Shown in pieces: positions 43,995 to 52,165 of a stretch of 64,000 nt of DNA; position 1 is the first letter of the stretch; every line of letters starts with the position of its first letter. The position numbers were made by a program, and so were the translations under genes. The stretch comes from a virus, in IMG/VR virus record IMGVR_UViG_3300016474_000049, positions 1 to 64,000 of that record; one strand, written 5' to 3'. Under the pieces are notes generated by a model. That model was not told where the DNA came from and did not search any database. It was given only the letters and a program-made list of their open reading frames with translations.

Positions 43995-44004
43995 AAGATT
44001 CGCC

Positions 44005-44463
44005 TTAAGTTAAGGTGAACACGCCGGTTGCTGCTGGAAGAATCGTCAGGGTATTTGGCGAAGTCACTGTGAATTGGCTCGATGAGAGCTGGCACCAGCA
44101 CAACATTTGCCCTGCTGTCGCACCCGTGGAGTTACGGATCACAGCATATTTCACGTTAGTCAACGAAGCGCCCGAAGCCGTAAAGGTCAGACCCACTGTT
44201 GAATAGGTGAACTTATACTGTTTTGCCGAAGCTCCAACCGTCCAGTAACCTGTGGCCGGAACAATGTTCTTTCCACCCGTGGTGTATCCACCCGTAGCAG
44301 CGATTTCATTGGTTAAGGACGCATAGGTACTAAGCGTGAAGGTTGAAGCATTACTTGCAGATGTTGCCAAAACCATTTTGAAAACACCGGCACCGAGCGT
44401 GATTGTCCCGTTACCGATCTTCTTTTTGGCTTTGTTATAAAGCTGCCATGCGGAAGCTGCCAT
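44005..44463 (-). CDS. beta-rich virion protein, paralog B of the 45899..46333 product (152 aa)
   Basis: Shares VFK(I/M)xL, YxS...E(I/V)...YTxGG and A(L/V)I(Y/R)NST with the 144-aa protein on the other side of the methyltransferase gene. Confidence 0.65.
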   Translation of the reverse strand: MAASAWQLYNKAKKKIGNGTITLGAGVFKMVLATSASNASTFTLSTYASLTNEIAATGGYTTGGKNIVPATGYWTVGASAKQYKFTYSTVGLTFTASGASLTNVKYAVIRNSTGATAGQMLCWCQLSSSQFTVTSPNTLTILPAATGVFTLT

Positions 44464-44473
44464 GTTAAAACTC

Positions 44474-45889
44474 CTATAAATCGGCTAACGAAGCGCCGGT
44501 TTCCAAAATATGATGGAGTAATCCATCATAAACCTCAAGCTCAATTTCATCACCCATCATGCGGATCAGGTCAATGAACTCTTGCGCTTGCGAAATCATC
44601 CAAGGATTGCAGTGAAAAATCTTTCCACCGACATTAACGGGTACCACCATCTGCCCGTCATTTTCCTTTTGCTCATAAGCATGATGCGCCCCGTCTTCAA
44701 CACAGGAATCACATCCAATAATATGAAAACGTTTGAACCCTAGCATTCTAAAGAGAGGGATGGCTCTTAACAAGACCGTTGACCCACCCGGAACAGGCCA
44801 CCACGTTTTGTACTGCTCATCAAGCAGATCTTTAATCAGCGACGTACCTGTGTGCCAGATGTAAGTCTGCTCTTGTGGAACCTTTTCAAAAAGCGATGGA
44901 TGACATTGAGAAGCTAAAAAGTATTTGCACTCAGGAATGATCGGATCTAAAAATCTCGCGTTGAAATCCCTTGCATCCACAATAATCAGCGCAGAAGGCT
45001 TTATGTCATGATCCAAACAAAACTTATACGCGTTGTTCATGGCAATGAGCTTCACGCCTTTATTACGTAGCTCACGAACCTTTTCAATATTTTTTGCCAG
45101 CGACGGACCACCACCTACCAACATAACCTCTACATCACTTGTATTGTGAGGCACTACCTGCTGGAAACCAAGCTTGATGTTATGGCTGACGTTATCGCGG
45201 ATAAGCCCTTCTTCAACATTGAGTTTTCCTGAATCTACAACCTCAGAACCGCTCACCCAAGCCGATACATAAAAATACGCATATCCCGGTGCTTCTTTAG
45301 ACCAGTGAATAATGCAGTCACGCTCTTTGAATTTGTTGAGCCACCATTCATACGGATGCACACTTAAATGCAACTTATGGCCCACCAACGTGCCCATCAC
45401 ATCGTCTTCAGTAGCAATCTGAAAAAACACATGCTGGCAGGCAGCAAGACAATTATTTAATACACGATCTACATGATGAGGGCGAATATGCTCCATCACA
45501 TCCGTACAAAACCCATAAGCCGCTTGAACCGGCAGAGGCTGGGATAGATCCGCTTCCACAAAACGCATCACATGCTTTTGTGTTTCCAGCATAGGCACAA
45601 TGTCTTCATCAAGACAATTAGACGCAAAGTCAACCATCGTGACATCAAGACTTCCAAACACAGCAAGATTCAATCCACCTCGGCCTGTTCCACAACCAAG
45701 ATCAATGACCGAAGCGCCAACAGGTGGTTTTGCCTGACGCAAAAATTCAAACGCAGCTTGCTCCCCCGGAGCTACTTTTCTGTATGCCGGGATGTTCCAC
45801 ATCATTTTGTAAAGATCTTTTTCTAACGGGCGGTCGTTAGTAACCTTCACAACAGGCGGTTCAGAAAACACTGCGGAGAAAAATGTCAT
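44474..45889 (-). CDS. class I SAM-dependent methyltransferase fused to a DUF115 (MptE/Maf-like) domain (471 aa)
   Basis: Methyltransferase motif I VIDLGCGTGRGG, then MVDF, FVEADL and CTDVMEHI. C-terminal half has MLVGGGPSLAKN...KLIAMNNAYKF...PSALIIVD, the GxGPSL pattern of DUF115. Confidence 0.8.
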   Translation of the reverse strand: MTFFSAVFSEPPVVKVTNDRPLEKDLYKMMWNIPAYRKVAPGEQAAFEFLRQAKPPVGASVIDLGCGTGRGGLNLAVFGSLDVTMVDFASNCLDEDIVPMLETQKHVMRFVEADLSQPLPVQAAYGFCTDVMEHIRPHHVDRVLNNCLAACQHVFFQIATEDDVMGTLVGHKLHLSVHPYEWWLNKFKERDCIIHWSKEAPGYAYFYVSAWVSGSEVVDSGKLNVEEGLIRDNVSHNIKLGFQQVVPHNTSDVEVMLVGGGPSLAKNIEKVRELRNKGVKLIAMNNAYKFCLDHDIKPSALIIVDARDFNARFLDPIIPECKYFLASQCHPSLFEKVPQEQTYIWHTGTSLIKDLLDEQYKTWWPVPGGSTVLLRAIPLFRMLGFKRFHIIGCDSCVEDGAHHAYEQKENDGQMVVPVNVGGKIFHCNPWMISQAQEFIDLIRMMGDEIELEVYDGLLHHILETGASLADL

Positions 45890-45898
45890 TGGAAGCCC

Positions 45899-46333
45899 TT
45901 ATTCAATACGAAGAATGGCGTCAGTTGCTGACGCTGCTGGGAAAGTTATTACCAAATCTTGTGCTGTCTTGGTAATCGTACTACCAAAATTCAGAACACA
46001 CACTGCACGGTTTCCGTTGGTGGAATTGTAAATGAGTGCTCCGGCGCAGGAAAGGGTTACGTTGCTGAAAGTAGCTGTTTGAAAAGACCAATAAGCGGTG
46101 GTTCCGCTTGTCGTTGGTGTGATGTTTGTGAGCGCAATCCCGCCAAGGGTGTAATTGGTTCCACTCGTCGGTACTTCCCCAGCGGATGAGTAAACGGTGG
46201 TGTCTGCATTGAGGGTGGCAGAGGAAAGGTACAAAGCGATTTTGAAAACATTGCCCGTCCCTGTCGTGAAGTTATGTAACCCCTGAGCAAGTTCTGCTTT
46301 ATAGCTTGTGCACGCTGTTTGGATGATCGCCAT
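45899..46333 (-). CDS. beta-rich virion protein, paralog A (144 aa)
   Basis: See 44005..44463. Tight packing in the late operon. Confidence 0.65.
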   Translation of the reverse strand: MAIIQTACTSYKAELAQGLHNFTTGTGNVFKIALYLSSATLNADTTVYSSAGEVPTSGTNYTLGGIALTNITPTTSGTTAYWSFQTATFSNVTLSCAGALIYNSTNGNRAVCVLNFGSTITKTAQDLVITFPAASATDAILRIE

Positions 46334-46334
46334 A

Positions 46335-46994
46335 TCACTTCACCGGATACCGAACCTGACCAGAACGATAAGCATCCTGTCGGTCCTTGGCATCTCCAAG
46401 CTGTTTAAGTAGCGCCATTGCTTCGCCATACATCTTGTCAATAGCCCCAATCATATCCGGCTCACCCTTCAGGAAGATATAAGCTTCACGGATCGATCCA
46501 TAGAGCAACGCAGAATCAAAGTTTTCACTTAGCCACGTATAACCAGATGCAGCGTCAACAATCGATTCGGGGTAGAAGTAATAATGCAATTCAACGGGGT
46601 AGCTTAAATTAGGTGTGGGGCCAAGAATAAATGTCAGTTCTCTAGGTGCACCGTAATCAGGGCCAAAAATAGCATAGTGCTTAGGTTTACCTGTATCAGT
46701 GGGCGTGGGGTAAGCCTCACGCATAAAATTTACATCTTTATTTAACAAATAAAGATACTCGCCTGATGTGGGGTCAATAACCGCCATGCTATATGGCGCT
46801 AAAAAATCATCAGGACATTGCAAATATTTGTTGTTGGCTGTTGCTGTACCTGTTACGTTGCGGCGAAGATTGGGCAACTGCACCGAGTTATAGATGCGCT
46901 GCTCTGCCTGACGAATGATGGTATCAATGTCAGTCGTGGAGAAAACATTTTCCACATAATCCTGTACCGCTGTAACAAGCTGTGAATAATTCAC
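46335..46994 (-). CDS. virion morphogenesis protein, possible head-tail adaptor/completion protein (219 aa)
   Basis: The N-terminus MNYSQLVTAVQDYVEN...IRQAEQRIYNSVQLPNLRRNVTG resembles neck/adaptor proteins of podoviruses. The assignment is tentative. Confidence 0.6.
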   Translation of the reverse strand: MNYSQLVTAVQDYVENVFSTTDIDTIIRQAEQRIYNSVQLPNLRRNVTGTATANNKYLQCPDDFLAPYSMAVIDPTSGEYLYLLNKDVNFMREAYPTPTDTGKPKHYAIFGPDYGAPRELTFILGPTPNLSYPVELHYYFYPESIVDAASGYTWLSENFDSALLYGSIREAYIFLKGEPDMIGAIDKMYGEAMALLKQLGDAKDRQDAYRSGQVRYPVK

Positions 46995-47254
46995 GCCATC
47001 GGTCCCCTGCTCATGACACCTTTAGTAGCAGCACCAGCACCACGCATTTTGATTCCAGAGGTTTTTACTTCGTTGTTGACGCGTTTGGTTTTATTGCCAA
47101 TCGTCATATTCACCGTATCCACAGCACTATGGTCAGGACCACTTCCGGGATTGGCTTCTATCGGGGTTCTTTTTCCCTTCATGGTGTGTGGCTCCGCGTA
47201 GGTTGAGGCAGGACCAACTTCTTTCCCGCCTTTTTTCATACTGTACTTAGCCAT
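46991..47254 (-). CDS. small basic G/K-rich protein (87 aa)
   Basis: ATGA coupling. KMRGAGAATKGVMSRGPMA tail. Confidence 0.55.
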   Translation of the reverse strand: MAKYSMKKGGKEVGPASTYAEPHTMKGKRTPIEANPGSGPDHSAVDTVNMTIGNKTKRVNNEVKTSGIKMRGAGAATKGVMSRGPMA

Positions 47255-47436
47255 TATCGGCCTCGTTGGTTAGCAGCACGAGCCAAATTACGACCCATTT
47301 TCCGCATATCCATACCTGTAGGACCGCCCTTCTTGAGCTTGGTCAGAGGTTGGCCTTTGTGTTTGGCTTTCTCATGCTTGTGCACTGCACCAGCAATCAT
47401 CTTTTTGTCTTGCGCTAGATCTTTCTTATCCATCAT
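47254..47436 (-). CDS. small basic K-rich protein (60 aa)
   Basis: One-nt overlap coupling. KHEKAKHKGQPLTKLKKGG...RAANQRGR. Confidence 0.5.
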   Translation of the reverse strand: MMDKKDLAQDKKMIAGAVHKHEKAKHKGQPLTKLKKGGPTGMDMRKMGRNLARAANQRGR

Positions 47437-47442
47437 GGACTC

Positions 47443-47817
47443 CTAAGAAACTGTGACACTACCAACTTCTGCGAAACTCACCAAGTGATTCGGCGTCAAC
47501 GCAGCATCAAACCATCTTGCCATTCCCACAGGATTAAAACCCCACTCAATAACACGAGACCCACCATCACCTCCGGGAGCCGGAACATAATAAGATGGAG
47601 CATCAGGTCTTGGATTACGAATAGCTTGCGGGTCATAGACCGGATACATCCCAAGCTGCAACTGCGGTTGATCGGGTTCCCAACATTCTGGGCACACCAA
47701 GATATTAACGTTTTTGGTCTTAATGACCAAGGTTTTTAGCTGTTTTAATTTATAGCGAAAGTTACACCTATCACATTGCGCTATCGCCCATTTACCAGAG
47801 GCAAACTGATTAGGCAT
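47443..47817 (-). CDS. zinc-ribbon structural-module protein (124 aa)
   Basis: CDRCNF...CPECW double CxxC motif. Overlap-coupled to the upstream gene. Confidence 0.6.
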   Translation of the reverse strand: MPNQFASGKWAIAQCDRCNFRYKLKQLKTLVIKTKNVNILVCPECWEPDQPQLQLGMYPVYDPQAIRNPRPDAPSYYVPAPGGDGGSRVIEWGFNPVGMARWFDAALTPNHLVSFAEVGSVTVS

Positions 47818-48581
47818 CAGAAGCTCCCAGTGTTCCCCAAATACATCCGTCGAGGAACAAAACGAACCGCAGCTTTCTCACGATCTTCACCCGTAGCGTA
47901 GGTCATCTGCTGCTCGTATTCAGAGCGTAAAAACTGCAACCGTTCCTGACCTTCAGGAATTTTCTGAGCGATGTAATACGCTAGTCCCGCCATTAAGCAA
48001 GGATAAAAACGAAACGTCATATCAGGCGTCTGAATACCAGCTCCGGCATCCTGAATACGGCGCATACGCCAATACACTACTTGATAGTACGGCGAGGCTT
48101 CAGTGCCTTGGTCAGGGACAGGCCAAACAGTGAAACTGGGGTTTGCTGTCGCACCGGGGCTGTATGCGCTTGTTGCTGGGTAGGTTTGTCCAGAGTTGCG
48201 CTGGATGTAAATCTGTATCGGTCTTGCTTGAGCCAACTTGTTGGGGATTGTGGCGTAGGTGGAGACACTAATCCTTGTAAGTGTAAGGTCAGCTTGCGTT
48301 GAGGCATTACCTGCACCCGTCCTTATAACGTGTTCAAGCAAGTCAATGGTGTCGTTCGGAAGAGTGTACGTCGCAGTGCCTTGTACAAGGTTCTTCGTGC
48401 CCTGCTCAATCGTCCACATATTGATGCCACGATTTGCCCACTCTATCGTTAGCAAGTTCATCGACCTACGTGCGGTACGCAAGTCATAACCAGAGCGCAT
48501 CTCACGCCCAGCACGTTCGTACGCCTCTTCAGCGATCTCCGTGAATTCTGGGGTAAAACCTGTTGAACCGCTAGTGGTCAT
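47817..48581 (-). CDS. virion structural protein, possible neck/adaptor (254 aa)
   Basis: Late-operon position between the basic-protein cluster and the neck genes. EIAEEAYERAGREMRSGYDLRTARRSMNLLTIEWANRGINMW. The family is not named with certainty. Confidence 0.65.
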   Translation of the reverse strand: MTTSGSTGFTPEFTEIAEEAYERAGREMRSGYDLRTARRSMNLLTIEWANRGINMWTIEQGTKNLVQGTATYTLPNDTIDLLEHVIRTGAGNASTQADLTLTRISVSTYATIPNKLAQARPIQIYIQRNSGQTYPATSAYSPGATANPSFTVWPVPDQGTEASPYYQVVYWRMRRIQDAGAGIQTPDMTFRFYPCLMAGLAYYIAQKIPEGQERLQFLRSEYEQQMTYATGEDREKAAVRFVPRRMYLGNTGSF

Positions 48582-48811
48582 CTAAATCTCGCAGTCTTTG
48601 CGGCAATTTTTGCCGGTTGTTTAACGAACTGCTTACCCGCACTCTTTCCAGCTCGCTTTGCTCGTGTTGTTGCAGCATATTCTGAAGGTGAAAGCGACTT
48701 AATTGCCGCTTCCGGGAGGTATCGTTCGCCAGTTTTACTAGACGGTTTACCACTTTTTGTCCGCCATTTCTGGTCTCCCCAATTCTTCAGGCTTTGCTGC
48801 GGGGCTTTCAA
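48578..48811 (-). CDS. small basic protein (77 aa)
   Basis: ATGA coupling. K/R/A-rich (AKRAGKSAGKQFVKQPAKIAAKTARFR). Confidence 0.55.
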   Translation of the reverse strand: MKAPQQSLKNWGDQKWRTKSGKPSSKTGERYLPEAAIKSLSPSEYAATTRAKRAGKSAGKQFVKQPAKIAAKTARFR

Positions 48812-49083
48812 TCTCGGTAGCCCCCACCTGCTGCTTTGTACTTCTTAGCTACAAGTTGTGCTTTCCTCGCGGACCAAAGTCCTGCCCCTGTGCCATGAGT
48901 AGCAGCAGCTTTAACCTGAGCAACAATTCGTTTTCGTAGCCCAGGTTTGGTGTAATTACCCGCTGCATTTACCTTGCCACCTTCGGCATACTGATTGAAA
49001 TCAGTATCATCCCGCCTTGCTTTACGCTTAGCAGTGGGCATTTTAGAGGGGGCTATTGCCCCCATGCCGCGAGACGCCATCAT
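48808..49083 (-). CDS. small basic protein (91 aa)
   Basis: ATGA coupling. PGLRKRIVAQVKAAATHGTGAGLWSARKAQLVAKKYKAAGGGY. Confidence 0.55.
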   Translation of the reverse strand: MMASRGMGAIAPSKMPTAKRKARRDDTDFNQYAEGGKVNAAGNYTKPGLRKRIVAQVKAAATHGTGAGLWSARKAQLVAKKYKAAGGGYRD

Positions 49084-49370
49084 TTCTTTTTAGCCATTCC
49101 ACCGTAGCAATAGCCGCCAGCTTTCATACCTTTGCCACCAGCCATCTTGATCTGGGTGCCTTTGGTTTTACCCTTCATAGCAACACCATCACGGCTAGGA
49201 GCAGCAGTTTTAACAGCGCCCATTTTGCTTGCGGCTACGCCGCCAGAAGACATCTTTTTCATCGTAAATTCCTTACCAACGGATTGAGGGACACCGACCT
49301 TCTTTGCAAACTTAGGATTGTGAGCCACTGCTTGCATAAACTTCTCTTGCTTATCACTAACCGTAGGCAT
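49080..49370 (-). CDS. DUF3008-like small basic protein (96 aa)
   Basis: The N-terminus SDKQEKFMQAVAHNPKFAKKVGVPQSVGKEF resembles DUF3008. C-terminus has DGVAMKGKTKG and G/K-rich sequence. Confidence 0.55.
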   Translation of the reverse strand: MPTVSDKQEKFMQAVAHNPKFAKKVGVPQSVGKEFTMKKMSSGGVAASKMGAVKTAAPSRDGVAMKGKTKGTQIKMAGGKGMKAGGYCYGGMAKKK

Positions 49371-50131
49371 TACCGCATCATCCCACGAGTCTTGCCGCGC
49401 ATCGCAATACCATCTGCACGTTTGGAAGCTGAACCTACTTTGCCACCTTTAGCAAACCCACTCATGCTACCAAGACCCTTAGCCGACATAGCACCTGCAC
49501 CAAAAGTACGAGAAGGGGTTGATGTTTCTTTAGCTGCTTCTTCCGCAGCTCTACGGCGTCGGTTTACGATATAGGCATCAGGCTCATTACCTAACCGATC
49601 ACGAGCAAGAATAGAAGAACCAAGACGACTTTCACGAGCTTTTTCAGCATCCGACTCTCGCTGTGATCGTTCCCCAGCAGCTTTAACACCTTCATGTCGT
49701 GCTTTGCTTGAAGCTAGATCGGTAGGACGACGTTTAGTAAGGTTTTCTTCTGCGGTTTCACGCCCACCGACTTTAGGTGCAGTAGGTTTAGCCCCTGCCA
49801 TTTCCGTCGTATAAGACTTACCGTTAAACGTAAATTTATCTTTACCTGCTTTACGAGCTTCAGCAAAGGCTTCACGAAAACTAGATGGGCGAGTGCCACC
49901 CATAATTTTTTCACGATCTTCGCTTGCGCTACGTTCCCCTTCAGCTTTAGCAGCGACCCCTTCTGAAAGTTCTTTAGCTCGTCGCCGCATATTGTCATAA
50001 GCTTCATCAGTTTGCTCTTTAGTAACTCCTGGACCAATAGGCAGCCGTCTAGCCACAGGAGCATCGGAAACCAAACTTTCATCTTCCCCGTTGTAACGTT
50101 TACGGGCACCAAATTTAAGCATCTTTTTCAT
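49370..50131 (-). CDS. basic K/R/E-rich protein (253 aa)
   Basis: Start chosen at ATG 50131 (MKKMLKFGARKRY), just upstream of the stop of the preceding gene. The C-terminus DGIAMRGKTRGMMR repeats the motif of the 49080 product. Confidence 0.6.
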   Translation of the reverse strand: MKKMLKFGARKRYNGEDESLVSDAPVARRLPIGPGVTKEQTDEAYDNMRRRAKELSEGVAAKAEGERSASEDREKIMGGTRPSSFREAFAEARKAGKDKFTFNGKSYTTEMAGAKPTAPKVGGRETAEENLTKRRPTDLASSKARHEGVKAAGERSQRESDAEKARESRLGSSILARDRLGNEPDAYIVNRRRRAAEEAAKETSTPSRTFGAGAMSAKGLGSMSGFAKGGKVGSASKRADGIAMRGKTRGMMR

Positions 50132-50327
50132 CAGTAGCATCCTTTTTGCGGCGGATAAGCTCGTGAAATTCTTTGCCTGTAACCATCTCAGCAATACGCA
50201 TCAACGTCCAGACAGCACCGATAAGTCCAAATAACGGCGTAATCACTTGAAGAAACGATCCAATAGTAGCGAACACAGATACGATGTCTGCTACATTTTT
50301 TACCAATTCATGTTTATCTTGTGTCAT
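50115..50327 (-). CDS. small membrane protein (70 aa)
   Basis: Hydrophobic core IVSVFATIGSFLQVITPLFGLIGAVWTLM, charged tail. Confidence 0.5.
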   Translation of the reverse strand: MTQDKHELVKNVADIVSVFATIGSFLQVITPLFGLIGAVWTLMRIAEMVTGKEFHELIRRKKDATDEKDA

Positions 50328-50328
50328 C

Positions 50329-50583
50329 TCAACATTTCCATGCTCTTAAGGATTTATTGATTCGACTGTTGGGGTCGTTGGCTGTCTTGGCGCTTGTCAG
50401 CTTCTTTTTCATCCCTTTCATCCGGGCGCAAAAAGAATCCCGACGTGAGCCACCTTCGGGTTGTGGAGGTTTCAACCCAGGCTTGCCAGGATTTGCAGCA
50501 TTGTAAGAGGCACGACCCTTGGCGTTCAGTCCACCTTTAGGGTTCTTGCCTTCCTTACGCTGCCAAGCAGGAGACTTAGCCAT
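50329..50583 (-). CDS. small basic protein (84 aa)
   Basis: K/G/P-rich (EGKNPKGGLNAKGRASYNAANPGKPGLKPP). One-nt gap to the next gene. Confidence 0.55.
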   Translation of the reverse strand: MAKSPAWQRKEGKNPKGGLNAKGRASYNAANPGKPGLKPPQPEGGSRRDSFCARMKGMKKKLTSAKTANDPNSRINKSLRAWKC

Positions 50584-50851
50584 AGAATACTGTCACTTTG
50601 GCGTTAGATAGCGTTGCATATGCACTAGTAAAACAGCGCACACCTTCTGCTGGGATGATGACGTTGAAAGTTTCTCCGCCAGCGATTGTGTTGATTGTGA
50701 ATAGTGTTGTACCGCTCGTGCCACCATCCTTAATAATCACACTGCCAGCAGATCCACCCGGCTCAACAACCAACCCGCGAACACGGGTTGGATACGCACT
50801 AACATCCCCAGAAGCGGCTAACGATATAGCCTTTACGTCCGTTTGCATCAT
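50576..50851 (-). CDS. beta-rich head/virion protein (91 aa)
   Basis: Overlap-coupled. G/S/T/V-rich. Confidence 0.55.
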   Translation of the reverse strand: MMQTDVKAISLAASGDVSAYPTRVRGLVVEPGGSAGSVIIKDGGTSGTTLFTINTIAGGETFNVIIPAEGVRCFTSAYATLSNAKVTVFYG

Positions 50852-50866
50852 GGTGATGCTCCTTCA

Positions 50867-51367
50867 TTAGACGTTTTGCTGACCGAGGTAAGGATCAGTG
50901 ACGTAATAAAAAATTTCACCGGTGATGCTGCCACCTGTAGGAGCGTCACCTGTCGTACCGCCGCCAGTAATCTTAACCATCTGGGTAGCAGACATAATGG
51001 TGTTGAGGTCATCCCCTGCCGTAGCAGAAGCAAAATCAATGACCAGCTTGCCCGTAGTAGCAACAGCAGCGGCAACAAGACCGTTGTCATCAGAAGCCGA
51101 CGTATCGGAATATCCGATCCAGCCCATGTCAAATGTGGGAGTTGTTCCGCCTGTGGCAGCGCACAATGCGTTAATCTGAGTAACAACAGCACCCGCTGGG
51201 AGAATGACTGGGGCAGTGTTAGTAGAAGAAACTTGGACGGCTACGCTATTTGCAGACGCGCCAGAAATATAAAACTCGGCAACCATAAGTCCGGTGCCAC
51301 AATAAGCGGTGCGTGTTTGATCGCCGCCGCCAGAACGCCAAATGGCTTGGGTCGTTGAAACTGCCAT
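50867..51367 (-). CDS. beta-rich head/virion protein (166 aa)
   Basis: AAGGAA RBS. First structural ORF after the HNH insert. Confidence 0.6.
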   Translation of the reverse strand: MAVSTTQAIWRSGGGDQTRTAYCGTGLMVAEFYISGASANSVAVQVSSTNTAPVILPAGAVVTQINALCAATGGTTPTFDMGWIGYSDTSASDDNGLVAAAVATTGKLVIDFASATAGDDLNTIMSATQMVKITGGGTTGDAPTGGSITGEIFYYVTDPYLGQQNV

Positions 51368-51457
51368 GATAATTCCTTATGCACAAGTCGCTTGCTAATC
51401 GGTGCATCGTCTGCTGGGTCAGTTTAGCAAGCTGATTTCCCAGATAACTAGTTTGTA

Positions 51458-52060
51458 TCAGTTTGTTGGAGTGGTGTCAATAAGTCGATTGTATTTAGCT
51501 AAGTTATCTTTTTGAGTAAGAACTTGAAGGTTCCAAGGTACATGCAAGCCACACACGCTTTCGCCGTGTAAAGGAATAATGTGGTCCACTGCATAGCGTT
51601 CCCCAGTAGTACGACTTAATTCAATAGCAAGACGATACTTAAGACGAATCTCCATTTTATGAGTGTCCGTTAGCCATTTAGGTGTGGCGTCCCTGAATCT
51701 ACGCCGCCGCAGGCTAGTCATTTCTTTATACATATCAGGGTTGTTTACTTTATGAGTCTTTTTATATCGGCGTTTATCGTCATCTGGTCTTGCCTGTGCC
51801 CGCGCAATGACATTTTCTTTGTTAGCTTCGTAATACTTGCGCTTAGCTTGCTGCCCCGCCTCTGATTTGTTGTACTCACGGAAGTAATCAGCCCTCGTCA
51901 CATTGGCTTTCTCCCATTCAACTTTTAAACACTCAACACAAGCACCTTTGGTTTTGCGTGGGGCTACATGTCCGTGCTTGCAGGGTTCCCCCGTGAAGTA
52001 ATACTTAGCGCCTGTTGCTTTAGCTTCTTGGCGGGTTTTGGGTAGGTTTGTGGTATCCAT
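51458..52060 (-). CDS. HNH endonuclease (paralog B)
   Basis: YAVDHIIPLHGESVCGLHVPWNLQVLTQKDNLAKYN, N-terminal CKHGH...CVECLK. AAGGAGAG RBS. Sits immediately after the capsid-gene terminator. Confidence 0.85.
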   Translation of the reverse strand: MDTTNLPKTRQEAKATGAKYYFTGEPCKHGHVAPRKTKGACVECLKVEWEKANVTRADYFREYNKSEAGQQAKRKYYEANKENVIARAQARPDDDKRRYKKTHKVNNPDMYKEMTSLRRRRFRDATPKWLTDTHKMEIRLKYRLAIELSRTTGERYAVDHIIPLHGESVCGLHVPWNLQVLTQKDNLAKYNRLIDTTPTN

Positions 52061-52106
52061 TTTATCTCTCCTTAGTTACGATACAGAGAATAATATCATG
52101 GATAAA

Positions 52107-52134
52107 CCAAAAAGAAAAGCCGCCTTGCGGCGGC
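52107..52134 (-). terminator. rho-independent terminator downstream of the major capsid gene
   Basis: On the - strand: GCCGCC GCAA GGCGGC followed by TTTTCTTTTT. Confidence 0.75.
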
Positions 52135-52165
52135 TCTTCCAAATCAAGGTAACTACTTGATTTTA

